NCBI GenBank assembly: GCA_963674945.2
Contig: CAXXWQ010000004.1
Span: 992,001-1,056,000, forward strand
Reading direction: 5' to 3'
Source: an uncultured Desulfosarcina sp.
Lineage (GTDB): Bacteria; Desulfobacterota; Desulfobacteria; Desulfobacterales; Desulfosarcinaceae
DNA: 64,000 bases
In this document: one piece after another, positions 49,721-59,332 of the stretch
Position numbering within the stretch: position 1 is the first letter of the stretch
How the letters are laid out: each line of letters begins with the position of its first letter
Notes under the pieces: generated by a model
Told to the model about the DNA's origin: nothing
The model's input: only the letters and a program-made list of their open reading frames with translations
Database searches by the model: none
Position numbers and translations under genes: made by a program

Positions 49721-52651
49721 TTGCCAATCCTTCCCATGACATTGACAGAATTTTTTGAACAGTACCGGTTCTGGCTTCTGGGCCTGTCCGGTTCGTTTGT
49801 ACTGATAGCGTTGATGCTATTTCTGGCGCACCGCTTAAAAACGAACTTACAGACTTCCGTTTTGGCCGCCGAAGAGAGAGAACAGTCCCGTGTCTTCCTG
49901 CAAACGGTTATTGACGGATTTCCAGAGGCATTGGTTGTGATCAACCGTGATTACTCCATGGCACTGACCAATCGGATGGCGAAAGAATTGGCAGGTGGCC
50001 ACGACTTTGCGACAATATGCGTCAAGTGTCCTCTGTTTTTATGTGACGATGCGTCCAGTTCTTGTTCAAACAAGGACAACTGTCCGATAACGAAAGCGAT
50101 GGATACACAGCAAACGGTTACCTTAGAGCACATTCACCAAAATATATCGGGCCATCGGCAGATCCTTGAAATCATAGCAACGCCAATCCTAGACGAAAAA
50201 GGAGAAAGCATCCAGGTCATCCAGTCATTTCGCGATGTAACCAAACGCAGAAAGGCGGAAGAAGAGCTGCGGAGAAATGAGGCGTTTCTGAACACACTGC
50301 TGGATGCCATTCCGCTCCCGGTGTTTTTCAAGGATGCAGATCGACGATATCTGGGCGTGAACCGAGCTTTCGAATCGTTTGTTGGTATAACCAAGGAACA
50401 ACTGGTGGGAAAAAGAGTCTATGAGATCCATCCGACCGAGCAGGCAAAAACCTACGACCAAAAGGATAAGGCGCTTTTACAAAACGGGGGCAGTCAGAAA
50501 TACGAATCCAAAATCTTGACCCATCATGGCCAACTATCTGATATTGTACTTAGAAAGGCTGCTTTTCATGACAACCAAGGCGATGTCATCGGGTTGATTG
50601 GGACCATCACCGATGTCACCGAGGGCAAACGGCATGAAAGGGTCCTCGCCGCCCGCCTGAGGCTCAGTAAGTTCTCGGACGGCCACACGGTCAGTGATTT
50701 GCTTCGACGATGCCTGGACGAAGCCGAACAACTTACGGAAAGTAAGATCGGTTTCTTTCATTTCCTGGAAGCCGACCAACAGACCCTTTCGTTGCAGATG
50801 TGGTCTACGAATACGGTGGAGCGCATGTGTCGGCTTGAGCATTCGAATACCCACTATCCCGTTGGCAAGGCGGGTGTCTGGGTCGATTGTATTCACAAAC
50901 GAAAGGCCGTTATTCACAACGACTATCCGAACCTTACGCATCGCAACGGATTTCCCGAGGGGCACGCACCGGTCATTCGGGAATTGGTGGTTCCTGTTTT
51001 CAGAGGTGAACACATCGTGGCGATTATCGGAGTCGGCAACAAGGAAAGGAATTATACCGAGCAGGATGTGAAAACCGTTTCGGATATTGCCGATATGGCA
51101 TGGGATATTGTTCTTAGAAAGAGGGCTGAAGACGCACTTAGGGAAAGCGAGGAACAATACCGAACCATGATGGAATCGATGGTCGATTCTGCGTACATCT
51201 GCGCTAAGGATTTTCGCGTGGAATATATGAACCCTGCAATGGTCGATCAGGTCGGGCACGACGGCTCAGGCGAACTCTGCTATGAGGCGATTCATGGTTT
51301 CAGCAAACCCTGCCCCGGTTGCATCCACGAAAAGGTGATGAAGGGCGAACAGGTCACCAACGAATATAGTGACGCCAAAAACAACAAGACATTTCATGTT
51401 TCCAGTTCTCCAATTTTTCATATGGATGGAACGATTTCCAAACTCACCGTGTTTCGCGACATTACGGAGATCAAAACAATGCAGACCCAACTCCAGCAAG
51501 CACAAAAAATGGAGGCCATCGGAGCACTGGCGAGTGGCATCGCGCACGACTTCAACAACTTGCTGTTTCCGGTGATGGGGTATGCAGAGATGCTCAAAGA
51601 AGATCTGCATCCGGAAGATCCGAAATATGATTTTGTCGATCAAATTCTCAAGGCGGCCAGTCGATCACGCGACCTGGTGTCTCAGATTCTGTCATTCAGC
51701 CGGCAGAACGATCAGCAGTTGATCGCATTGAAACTGCAGCCGATAATCAAAGAAGCCTTGAAATTTCTACGTTCATCGATCCCAACGACGATTGATATCC
51801 GCCATCGCATTGATTCGGATTGTGGTATGGTATTCGCCGATCCAACCCAGATTCATCAAATCATTATAAACCTTTGTACTAATTCTCTGCACGCCCTGGA
51901 AGGAAAAGAAGGCAGAATAGACGTGACGTTGCATCAGGTTTTCGTGAAGGAACCGCAACGGCTCTCCGTCAATTTGTCACCAGGAAAATACGCACGCATA
52001 ATCGTTTCCGACACAGGGCATGGCATCAACAGTGACATCATCAACAAAGTCTTCGATCCGTATTTCACAACCAAGGAAGTCGGAAAGGGAACAGGATTGG
52101 GACTATCCGTGGTTCTGGGAATCGTCAGAAACTGCATGGGAGATATCCGAATATCCAGTTCCCCCGGATCCAAAACGACGGTCGAGATCTACCTGCCGAT
52201 TGTCAAAAATGCAGTCGATACAAGTATTGAAAACGATGTACTTTCGATAAAAGGAGGCTCGGAATCCATACTGGTGGTTGACGACGAAAAGGAAATCGTC
52301 AGAATGTTCAAGCAGATGCTCGAACGTTTGGGGTATGGGGTCTCGCCCCATACAAGCAGTATGGATGCCTTGACGGCATTTAAAATCAATCCCCATGACT
52401 TCGATCTGATTTTAAGTGACATGACCATGCCCAATAAGACGGGAATTCAACTGGCCATGGAAGCAAAACAAATCCGATCCGACATTCCGATTCTCATCTG
52501 TACGGGTTTCAGTGATCAGATTGATGAAGGGAAAAGCAAAGCCGCGGGTATACAGGGAATACTGAAAAAACCGATCATTTCCCATGATTTGGCAAGGGCC
52601 ATACGAGAGGTCTTGGACAGCCGGAACAAAAGCATCCCAACCAACAATTGA
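49721..52651 (+). CDS. PAS/GAF hybrid histidine kinase, possibly N-terminally truncated
   Basis: PAS repeats, GAF, GIAHDFNN, GTGLGL and C-terminal receiver; begins directly at a single TM segment. Confidence 0.88.
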   Translation: MPILPMTLTEFFEQYRFWLLGLSGSFVLIALMLFLAHRLKTNLQTSVLAAEEREQSRVFLQTVIDGFPEALVVINRDYSMALTNRMAKELAGGHDFATICVKCPLFLCDDASSSCSNKDNCPITKAMDTQQTVTLEHIHQNISGHRQILEIIATPILDEKGESIQVIQSFRDVTKRRKAEEELRRNEAFLNTLLDAIPLPVFFKDADRRYLGVNRAFESFVGITKEQLVGKRVYEIHPTEQAKTYDQKDKALLQNGGSQKYESKILTHHGQLSDIVLRKAAFHDNQGDVIGLIGTITDVTEGKRHERVLAARLRLSKFSDGHTVSDLLRRCLDEAEQLTESKIGFFHFLEADQQTLSLQMWSTNTVERMCRLEHSNTHYPVGKAGVWVDCIHKRKAVIHNDYPNLTHRNGFPEGHAPVIRELVVPVFRGEHIVAIIGVGNKERNYTEQDVKTVSDIADMAWDIVLRKRAEDALRESEEQYRTMMESMVDSAYICAKDFRVEYMNPAMVDQVGHDGSGELCYEAIHGFSKPCPGCIHEKVMKGEQVTNEYSDAKNNKTFHVSSSPIFHMDGTISKLTVFRDITEIKTMQTQLQQAQKMEAIGALASGIAHDFNNLLFPVMGYAEMLKEDLHPEDPKYDFVDQILKAASRSRDLVSQILSFSRQNDQQLIALKLQPIIKEALKFLRSSIPTTIDIRHRIDSDCGMVFADPTQIHQIIINLCTNSLHALEGKEGRIDVTLHQVFVKEPQRLSVNLSPGKYARIIVSDTGHGINSDIINKVFDPYFTTKEVGKGTGLGLSVVLGIVRNCMGDIRISSSPGSKTTVEIYLPIVKNAVDTSIENDVLSIKGGSESILVVDDEKEIVRMFKQMLERLGYGVSPHTSSMDALTAFKINPHDFDLILSDMTMPNKTGIQLAMEAKQIRSDIPILICTGFSDQIDEGKSKAAGIQGILKKPIISHDLARAIREVLDSRNKSIPTNN

Positions 52652-53380
52652 TTGCCGCTTTTTCCTTTTTTTTACATTTGAGAATCAGATATTACTTCTC
52701 TCTCATCCATCCCTTTGGGTTTGGGGCTTGATGCGTTTTTCAACAAAGCAAGCATCAGCGGATCAATGACGCCAACGCCCCTAACAACACCATCGTTCAT
52801 ATACTTTTTTAGTCTTCTATCCGCCAGTTGCCTGCTTCCACCGGATTTTTTTCCCAATCTGTCGAAAGTCTCTCTCGGTACGAATTCAAGTTCTCTGATC
52901 AATTTTTATCGCATTCTGTTGGAAACGGTTGTTGCGCTTACCATGCCGCTGTAGCATTTGGCAGGAACTTCATGTCTGCATAATTTATTATGTTATGTAT
53001 GGCTGTTATAAAATAACACAATAGATATATTATAATTCTTACTCTTGACTTATGTAATATTTTTTTGATGTACACAGTTTTTCAAATTGCTCTTTGGGTG
53101 CAGACGTTTTGATTTTCCAAAGTGGCACAAAAAAATTTCATCCATAAAAAATGCAGCAATAATAAAGAAATAAGGGGATCATGATCATGGCGACACGATA
53201 ACTGAAACTGGGGAAAATGGAAAATGCTCCCGAATGGTATGGCAAGCCGCTCCTTGAACGCTAGGAAGGCCACATATTGGGCTGAAAGACATCTTTGATA
53301 TGGGTTCTACGTTCTTCAATAAGGGCAAGACGATGTGATAGACCATATCGTCTATCGAACATGAAAAATAATGGTGAGAA

Positions 53381-54631
53381 ATGAGCATAATTAGGTCTGT
53401 ACGTTGCAGTATTTTGTCTATGGCAGTATTTATTTTAATCACCGGCAATGTTTTTGCAGGGGCGGCCCCCAGAAACATTACAACGCAGAGCGCCCAGGCA
53501 TGGCTTAGCGGTTTAGGTCGATTTGCGGAGACCGAAGACGCGGACACTGTGCTTAACAATCCAGCGGGCGCGGCGTACATGGATGATGGCATACATATTC
53601 ACTTATCGATAATGATGGGGGATAATATTTATAATATTAAGAATGTGGAAACCGGTGTGGAATATGAAAACGAATCCCTCGGAATGATTCCCGACTTTGC
53701 GTTAACGTATAAGAAAAACAATTGGGCCGTTTTTCAAACCATTTCCTTTCCAGGTGGCAAAGGATCGGGAAATTATGATAAACACCCCCTTTTTGATTAT
53801 ATGGCCGATAACTTTGGCCAAAATATTGCGGCCGAGAATCAGAAATTTGAGTTTTCCGGTGGTAAAACGGCCTTTTCGCTTGGAGGGGCCTGGGCAATAA
53901 ATGATATGTTTTCGGTTGGATATGCCATGCGAGCAGTTTATTCATCAAGTTTTGTCGATGCCGAAGCGACATTTATCAACCAGGATACCGGACAAGAACT
54001 TGGCCGCTTTAGACTGGACCAAGAGTACGAGGGTTGGGGCATCGGGCACTCGTTTTGCGTGCTTTTCAACTACGATGAGTTCAAACTTGGCCTGCGATTC
54101 GATCCTGTAGTAAAAATCAAAGAGAAAGCTGACATAAAACCAGGCGACGATTCCGGAATCCCCAATGGGTCAAAAGAAAACCAGGATCTTCCGCCCGCTC
54201 TGCTTACAGGTGCAAGTTATCAACTCACGCCTAAATTCAAGTTCGGTGGCGGATTCGTCTATTATTGGCAAAAAGGTATTAATGGAGACGATGAACCGAT
54301 TACGGAGCAGTGGGATAACGCCTGGGAAATACAAGGATTCGTTGAATACGCACTTACACCGGAATGGGAGCTATTGGCCGGTGTTAATTACATTTATCAT
54401 GGTCTTCCAGACGAAGTGTATACGTTAGCAAATACGTCATTTTCCAATTGTTGGTCCTTCAATGCGGGTGCACAGTGGCGTCCCATACCCCATTGGACCT
54501 TTATAATGGGCCTCGGACATGCTTTTTACCCGAACAACCCAAAGACTGACGCTGAAGAAATCGGACTTTTCGAAAGAAGTGCAGGCAGACCGGTAATCAA
54601 TTTTATAGCTGGTATTGAGTACAAGAGATAA
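53381..54631 (+). CDS. FadL/OmpP1-family outer-membrane channel
   Basis: Signal peptide, DADTVLNNPAG (NPA motif) and beta-strand pattern. Confidence 0.8.
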   Translation: MSIIRSVRCSILSMAVFILITGNVFAGAAPRNITTQSAQAWLSGLGRFAETEDADTVLNNPAGAAYMDDGIHIHLSIMMGDNIYNIKNVETGVEYENESLGMIPDFALTYKKNNWAVFQTISFPGGKGSGNYDKHPLFDYMADNFGQNIAAENQKFEFSGGKTAFSLGGAWAINDMFSVGYAMRAVYSSSFVDAEATFINQDTGQELGRFRLDQEYEGWGIGHSFCVLFNYDEFKLGLRFDPVVKIKEKADIKPGDDSGIPNGSKENQDLPPALLTGASYQLTPKFKFGGGFVYYWQKGINGDDEPITEQWDNAWEIQGFVEYALTPEWELLAGVNYIYHGLPDEVYTLANTSFSNCWSFNAGAQWRPIPHWTFIMGLGHAFYPNNPKTDAEEIGLFERSAGRPVINFIAGIEYKR

Positions 54632-54644
54632 TTTGTAGAAGTTC

Positions 54645-54697
54645 TAATTTGATCTGACAGTTACCAATTTTTAGAAGGTGTCTGTCAGGTCAAATTA
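54645..54697. terminator. Inverted repeat after the FadL-like gene
   Basis: TAATTTGATCTGACAG...CTGTCAGGTCAAATTA. Confidence 0.55.
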
Positions 54698-55060
54698 AGG
54701 CTACTTTTATCTCTTCTCAGAGGCATCTTCCATTTTTAAGCGGCTCGGTTCCCACACGCCCAATGCCGACTGTAACGGATACCTCTCCAACACGGTGCCA
54801 GTCGGCCTCTACTGCAGATATATTCAATCCGACCTTCCGAAATCATCGAAAGAGCTATTACAGATTCCAACCCTATCCAAACTTTGACTCAATTACAGAT
54901 ACGCTTTGCATGCAAAAGAAAAATGGGACCAAAGTAATCTATAGCTTGGTTTTTGGGGCTTGATGCGTTTAACAACAAAGGGTATGTTGGCTCGATATCG
55001 CACCCATTAGAACACATGCCATACCCGGCACCAGAAGCGTTATGTTATCAAGGATAGGCA

Positions 55061-56260
55061 ATGAATAAAAAGGACTTAATACAAATCGCGGACACGACGC
55101 TGCTCAAAGTAACGGATAGACCCGAAATCGTAATGCAAAAAGGAAAAGGCCTGTATCTTTTCGATACCGAAGGCAACCGATATCTGGACTTTGTCGGCGG
55201 CTGGGCGGTAAACTGCCTGGGCCACTGCCCCGAGGTCATTTCCGATGTTCTCGCTGAACAGTCCCGTCTTTTGATCAACGCAAGTCCCTCTTTCTACAAT
55301 CTGCCCATGCTGGAATATGCGGATCGATTGACGAAAAACAGCTGTTTCGAGCGTGTCTTTTTTACGTCCACCGGTGCTGAGGCCAATGAAGGCGCAATAA
55401 AACTGGCCAGAAAATACGGTACCGTTCATAAACACGGTGCCTATGAGGTGATTACCACCCATCAAGGCTTTCACGGCAGGACATTGACGACAATGTCGGC
55501 AACGGGAAAGACGCAATGGGAAAACCTTTTCGAGCCGAAAACAAAAGGGTTCGTAAAAACGATATTCAATGATTTTGAATCCGTCAGAGAGGCCGTCACG
55601 GAAAGAACGTGCGCGATTATGATTGAGCCGATTCAAGGAGAAGGGGGTGTAAACGTTGCCACTGCCGATTATGTGAGAAAATTGCGCAATCTATGCGACC
55701 GGGAAAATATCCTTCTCATATTCGACGAAATTCAGACCGGCATGGGAAGAACCGGCAAGTTGTTTTGCTATGAACACTACGGCATCGAACCGGATATCAT
55801 GACGCTGGGCAAGGGGATCGGCGGCGGTTTTCCGCTGTCGGCACTGCTCGCCAAAGAGCGCCTGAATATTTTCCAACCCGGCGACCAGGGCGGCACTTAC
55901 ACGGCACAACCTTTGGCCATGTCGGTGGGTCTTGCCGTACTCAAGGAATTGCAACGAAAAAATCTGATCGCTCACTGCGAAAAAATGGGTGGCTTCATCT
56001 TGCACCGGCTGTCCGTGTTATCCAAAATCCATGACATCGAGAACATCAGGGGAAAGGGATTGCTGATCGCATTTGATCTGCAAAAAATGAACGGGGCCGA
56101 GTTGGTAAACAGATGCCTGAAGGACAAACTTTTGATTAATTCACCAAAAGAAAAGTCAATCCGGCTCATGCCGCCACTCATCGTCAATGAAGACGAAATT
56201 GAGGAAATGTTGACGATTTTACAAAAAAATATAGAGTGCACCACTGGGGAAACGACATGA
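55061..56260 (+). CDS. argD: Acetylornithine aminotransferase
   Basis: YLDFVGGWAVNCLGH, GAEANEGAIKLARK, FHGRT, EPIQGEGG, DEIQTGMGRTG and TLGKGIGGG. Confidence 0.88.
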   Translation: MNKKDLIQIADTTLLKVTDRPEIVMQKGKGLYLFDTEGNRYLDFVGGWAVNCLGHCPEVISDVLAEQSRLLINASPSFYNLPMLEYADRLTKNSCFERVFFTSTGAEANEGAIKLARKYGTVHKHGAYEVITTHQGFHGRTLTTMSATGKTQWENLFEPKTKGFVKTIFNDFESVREAVTERTCAIMIEPIQGEGGVNVATADYVRKLRNLCDRENILLIFDEIQTGMGRTGKLFCYEHYGIEPDIMTLGKGIGGGFPLSALLAKERLNIFQPGDQGGTYTAQPLAMSVGLAVLKELQRKNLIAHCEKMGGFILHRLSVLSKIHDIENIRGKGLLIAFDLQKMNGAELVNRCLKDKLLINSPKEKSIRLMPPLIVNEDEIEEMLTILQKNIECTTGETT

Positions 56261-57138
56261 GGTATCAGGGGAAAGTATACAGACCGCCTTTTGAGGCCAA
56301 CGGCTTGCTGATTCAGGCGACACTGGGTTGCACACATAACCGATGCATGTATTGCGGCATGTATCGTGATAAAAAGTTTCAAATTCGCCCTTTTGAAGAA
56401 ATAGAAGAGGATCTGATCATCGCGAAAAAGACCTACCATACCGTGCCTTCAGTTTTCCTCATGGACGCGAACCCATTAGCGCTGAGCATGGAACGGTTAC
56501 GGCCGATTTATCATAAAATCAGAGAACTTTTTCCCGATGTTCAACACATCAACATGTATGGAAGGTATTCCGATGTCCTGAGAAAAAGCCGGGAGGAGCT
56601 TTATGAACTCAAGAATCTTGGATTATCGTGCCTTACCGTGGGAATCGAGTCCGGGAGCGACACGATTTTAAAAAAAATCAACAAGGGCTTTACTTCCGAG
56701 AACATTATCCGGGCCTCCGCCATGTTAAAAGCCGCCGGCATTGCCCAGTTTACATCGATTATTCTGGGGATCGGCGGCATATCCGGTTCCTATGAGCATA
56801 CTACGGAATCCATTCGCGTTCTAAACGAGACAAAACCGGAAGGTGTCGGCCTCAGTACCCTCAGGCCACAGGAAAAGACGCCTTTATATGAGCAGATACA
56901 AGACGGTTCATTCGAGCTTCCCACCTATGAGATCGTATATGGCGAATGCATACGAATGTTACGGGAGATGGAATCGCCTTCCACTGTGTTCATAGCAGGC
57001 TTTTTAGAGCCGCAGCCGATTGTAAAAAATGGTATCGTGGGAAAGGATGCTGAGCCTTTCTGTCGATCGTTAGAGGATGCATATCGATCGAACACTGAAG
57101 CCTTGAAAAAGAAGATTCCTGTGGGCCTGCCTTTTTAA
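56257..57138 (+). CDS. Radical SAM protein
   Basis: YRPPFEA, GCTHNRCMYC (CxxxCxxC) and GIESGSD; ATGA overlap with argD. Confidence 0.88.
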   Translation: MRYQGKVYRPPFEANGLLIQATLGCTHNRCMYCGMYRDKKFQIRPFEEIEEDLIIAKKTYHTVPSVFLMDANPLALSMERLRPIYHKIRELFPDVQHINMYGRYSDVLRKSREELYELKNLGLSCLTVGIESGSDTILKKINKGFTSENIIRASAMLKAAGIAQFTSIILGIGGISGSYEHTTESIRVLNETKPEGVGLSTLRPQEKTPLYEQIQDGSFELPTYEIVYGECIRMLREMESPSTVFIAGFLEPQPIVKNGIVGKDAEPFCRSLEDAYRSNTEALKKKIPVGLPF

Positions 57139-57590
57139 TCATTTCATTTTGGTTGACGCCATCTCTTGACGAGCAATTCGCTGATCGTCCTGCAGATAGA
57201 AGTGTCTCACTCGATTTTCAATTATGAGAATATCCTCAATTAAAAAATGAGACATATAATTCGTATCTAAATTTTTCCGGCACACCAACATATTTTTCTC
57301 CAACATACCTTAATTTATATGGTTACTTGCTTGTACTGATAACAATTATCGATAATCATAATTCCCATTCAAATTCTTATCGATATTATAAATTTGATAA
57401 AACCATTCAGATCGGTTAGGTTTCTTTTATCCACACGCTGAATGATGAACAATTCTCCAATACAATGTAGATGTTTTTCAAAGCGGTTGTAAACGAATGT
57501 CAAGCACATCCGTCATGGGAAAACGACACCCCATTGGACCCAACGGATGATAAATACTCAAACAGGTTAAACGAAATATAGGAGATTCTC

Positions 57591-58598
57591 ATGAAAAAAA
57601 TTTTCTCTGCAACAGCGATGCTAATTCTTTTTCTGCCCGGGTTCTCGTTTGCGGAAATTCCCTCGGGGAAATTGACCCTCACCCTGACGCCGGCCGTGGA
57701 AAAGGGAGTCAAAAACGTTGATCTGTGGGTGCCCTATCCCATGAGCGATGAATTCCAGACCATTTCGGACATGTCCGTCACGGGAAATTACACCGCGTCG
57801 GCCATTTACCGTGACCCGGCATCCGAAGCCGTATACGTTCACGCCACGTGGACGAACCCGTCCGCGCAACCCCGTTGCGAAATGTCATTTCACGTCAGCC
57901 AGAAAGACCGGCGCAACACCAACCTGAAAGATTCGGGAAAGGATTACCCCGAGCTGGTATCCCGTTACCTGGAATCGACCCAATATGTTCCGGCCGACGA
58001 TTTCGAGATGAAGAACATCGCCGATAATGCGATCAAGGGGAAAAAGGGCACGCTGGAAAAAGCGCAGGCCGTATACGACTGGGTGGTGGAAAACACCTAC
58101 CGTGACCCTGAAGTCAAAGGCTGCGGCCTTGGAATTCCGGGCCGGACACTTCAACAGTGCGGGGGCGGCGGCAAATGTGCCGACCTGTCCACCGTGTTCG
58201 TGACCCTGGCCCGTGCCGCGGGAATTCCGGCCCGGGACGTATATGGACTTCGCCTTGGATCGCCCAAGGACGGGGACGTGACCAGCGGATTCCACTGCTG
58301 GGCCGAATTTTACCTTCCGGGCACCGGATGGGTGATGGTGGATCCGGCCGATGTTCGCAAAATGATGCTGGTTCATAAAGTCAAACTCGAAGATGCCGAT
58401 GACTGGAGAACCTTTTTCTGGGGCGGCGATGACCTGTTCCGCGTTGTCCTTGAAAAGAATTCCCGCGGCGTAAAACTGAACGGTGCCAAAGAGCCCGTTA
58501 ACTACTTCATGTATCCGGCAGCCCAGGTGGATGGAACGATGCTCAACTATTTCGACGCAAAATCCTTCAGCTATAAGGTTACCTTTGCAAAGGAGTAA
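57591..58598 (+). CDS. Exported transglutaminase-like protein
   Basis: Signal peptide; GKCAD, HCWAEFY and VDPAD catalytic triad. Confidence 0.88.
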   Translation: MKKIFSATAMLILFLPGFSFAEIPSGKLTLTLTPAVEKGVKNVDLWVPYPMSDEFQTISDMSVTGNYTASAIYRDPASEAVYVHATWTNPSAQPRCEMSFHVSQKDRRNTNLKDSGKDYPELVSRYLESTQYVPADDFEMKNIADNAIKGKKGTLEKAQAVYDWVVENTYRDPEVKGCGLGIPGRTLQQCGGGGKCADLSTVFVTLARAAGIPARDVYGLRLGSPKDGDVTSGFHCWAEFYLPGTGWVMVDPADVRKMMLVHKVKLEDADDWRTFFWGGDDLFRVVLEKNSRGVKLNGAKEPVNYFMYPAAQVDGTMLNYFDAKSFSYKVTFAKE

Positions 58599-58619
58599 TC
58601 CGGAGTCGCAACCAATACC

Positions 58620-58653
58620 GGTCCGGAAGCTTCGGCTTCCGGGCCTTTTTTTT
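58620..58653 (+). terminator. Intrinsic terminator
   Basis: CCGGAAGC-TTCG-GCTTCCGG followed by a T-tract. Confidence 0.75.
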
Positions 58654-58681
58654 ACCATTCATCCAACCAAGCGAGATTTTC

Positions 58682-59332
58682 ATGGAAAACAGACGACACT
58701 TTATCAAAAACGGCTTGATGCTCTGTCTGGGAGCCGGCAGTGCACTGGCCGGCGGGACGGCACTTGCCTTTCCTTCCACCGGCACGAAACGCTGGGGGAT
58801 GATCATCGACAGCGCCCGTTGTTCGGGATGCCAGTCCTGCATGGTTGCCTGCAAACTCCAGAACGACACCGCCCCGGGTAGCTTCAACACCACCATCACG
58901 GAAAGGGAATCCGGAACCTATCCCAACGCCGGAATTCGATTTGAGGCCAACCTGTGCCGTCACTGCACAGATGCTCCTTGTGTATCGGCCTGTCCCACCG
59001 GTGCGGCCTTTGTTCACGAATCCGGCCTGGTGATGACCGACTGGAAACGCTGTGACGGAAACGGGGCTTGCATAGATGCCTGCCCTTACGAAGCCCGGTT
59101 CCATGACATCCGGTTCGAGAATAAAACGGACAAATGCGACCTGTGCCTCCACCGAATCAGTCAGGGGCTCGTTCCTGCCTGTGTGGAAAACTGCTCGTCC
59201 GGCGCCCGGATCTTCGGACGTCTGGACAAACCCGAGGGAGAATTCGCCCGATACCTGCAATCAATTCCTGCAAGTCAGCAGAAAACGGGTGCAGTGTTCA
59301 TTATTGCCGCAGACAAGAAGGGAGGCCGATGA
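58682..59332 (+). CDS. TtrB-like four-cluster Fe-S subunit
   Basis: Tat RRHFIK; CSGCQSC, CRHC...C...CP, CDGNGACIDACPY and KCDLC. Confidence 0.88.
   Translation: MENRRHFIKNGLMLCLGAGSALAGGTALAFPSTGTKRWGMIIDSARCSGCQSCMVACKLQNDTAPGSFNTTITERESGTYPNAGIRFEANLCRHCTDAPCVSACPTGAAFVHESGLVMTDWKRCDGNGACIDACPYEARFHDIRFENKTDKCDLCLHRISQGLVPACVENCSSGARIFGRLDKPEGEFARYLQSIPASQQKTGAVFIIAADKKGGR

Larger units (their letters stand above)
52720..54980 (+). repeat. 29-bp direct repeat pair (52720-52748 and 54952-54980) flanking the FadL-like gene
   Basis: TTTGGGGCTTGATGCGTTT(TT/AA)CAACAAAG, 27 of 29 identical. Confidence 0.7.

Noticed and set aside
57220..57400. Fur- or LysR-like boxes (ATTATCGATAAT etc.) upstream of the transglutaminase
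   Set aside because: AT-rich background makes such palindromes likely; no convincing consensus
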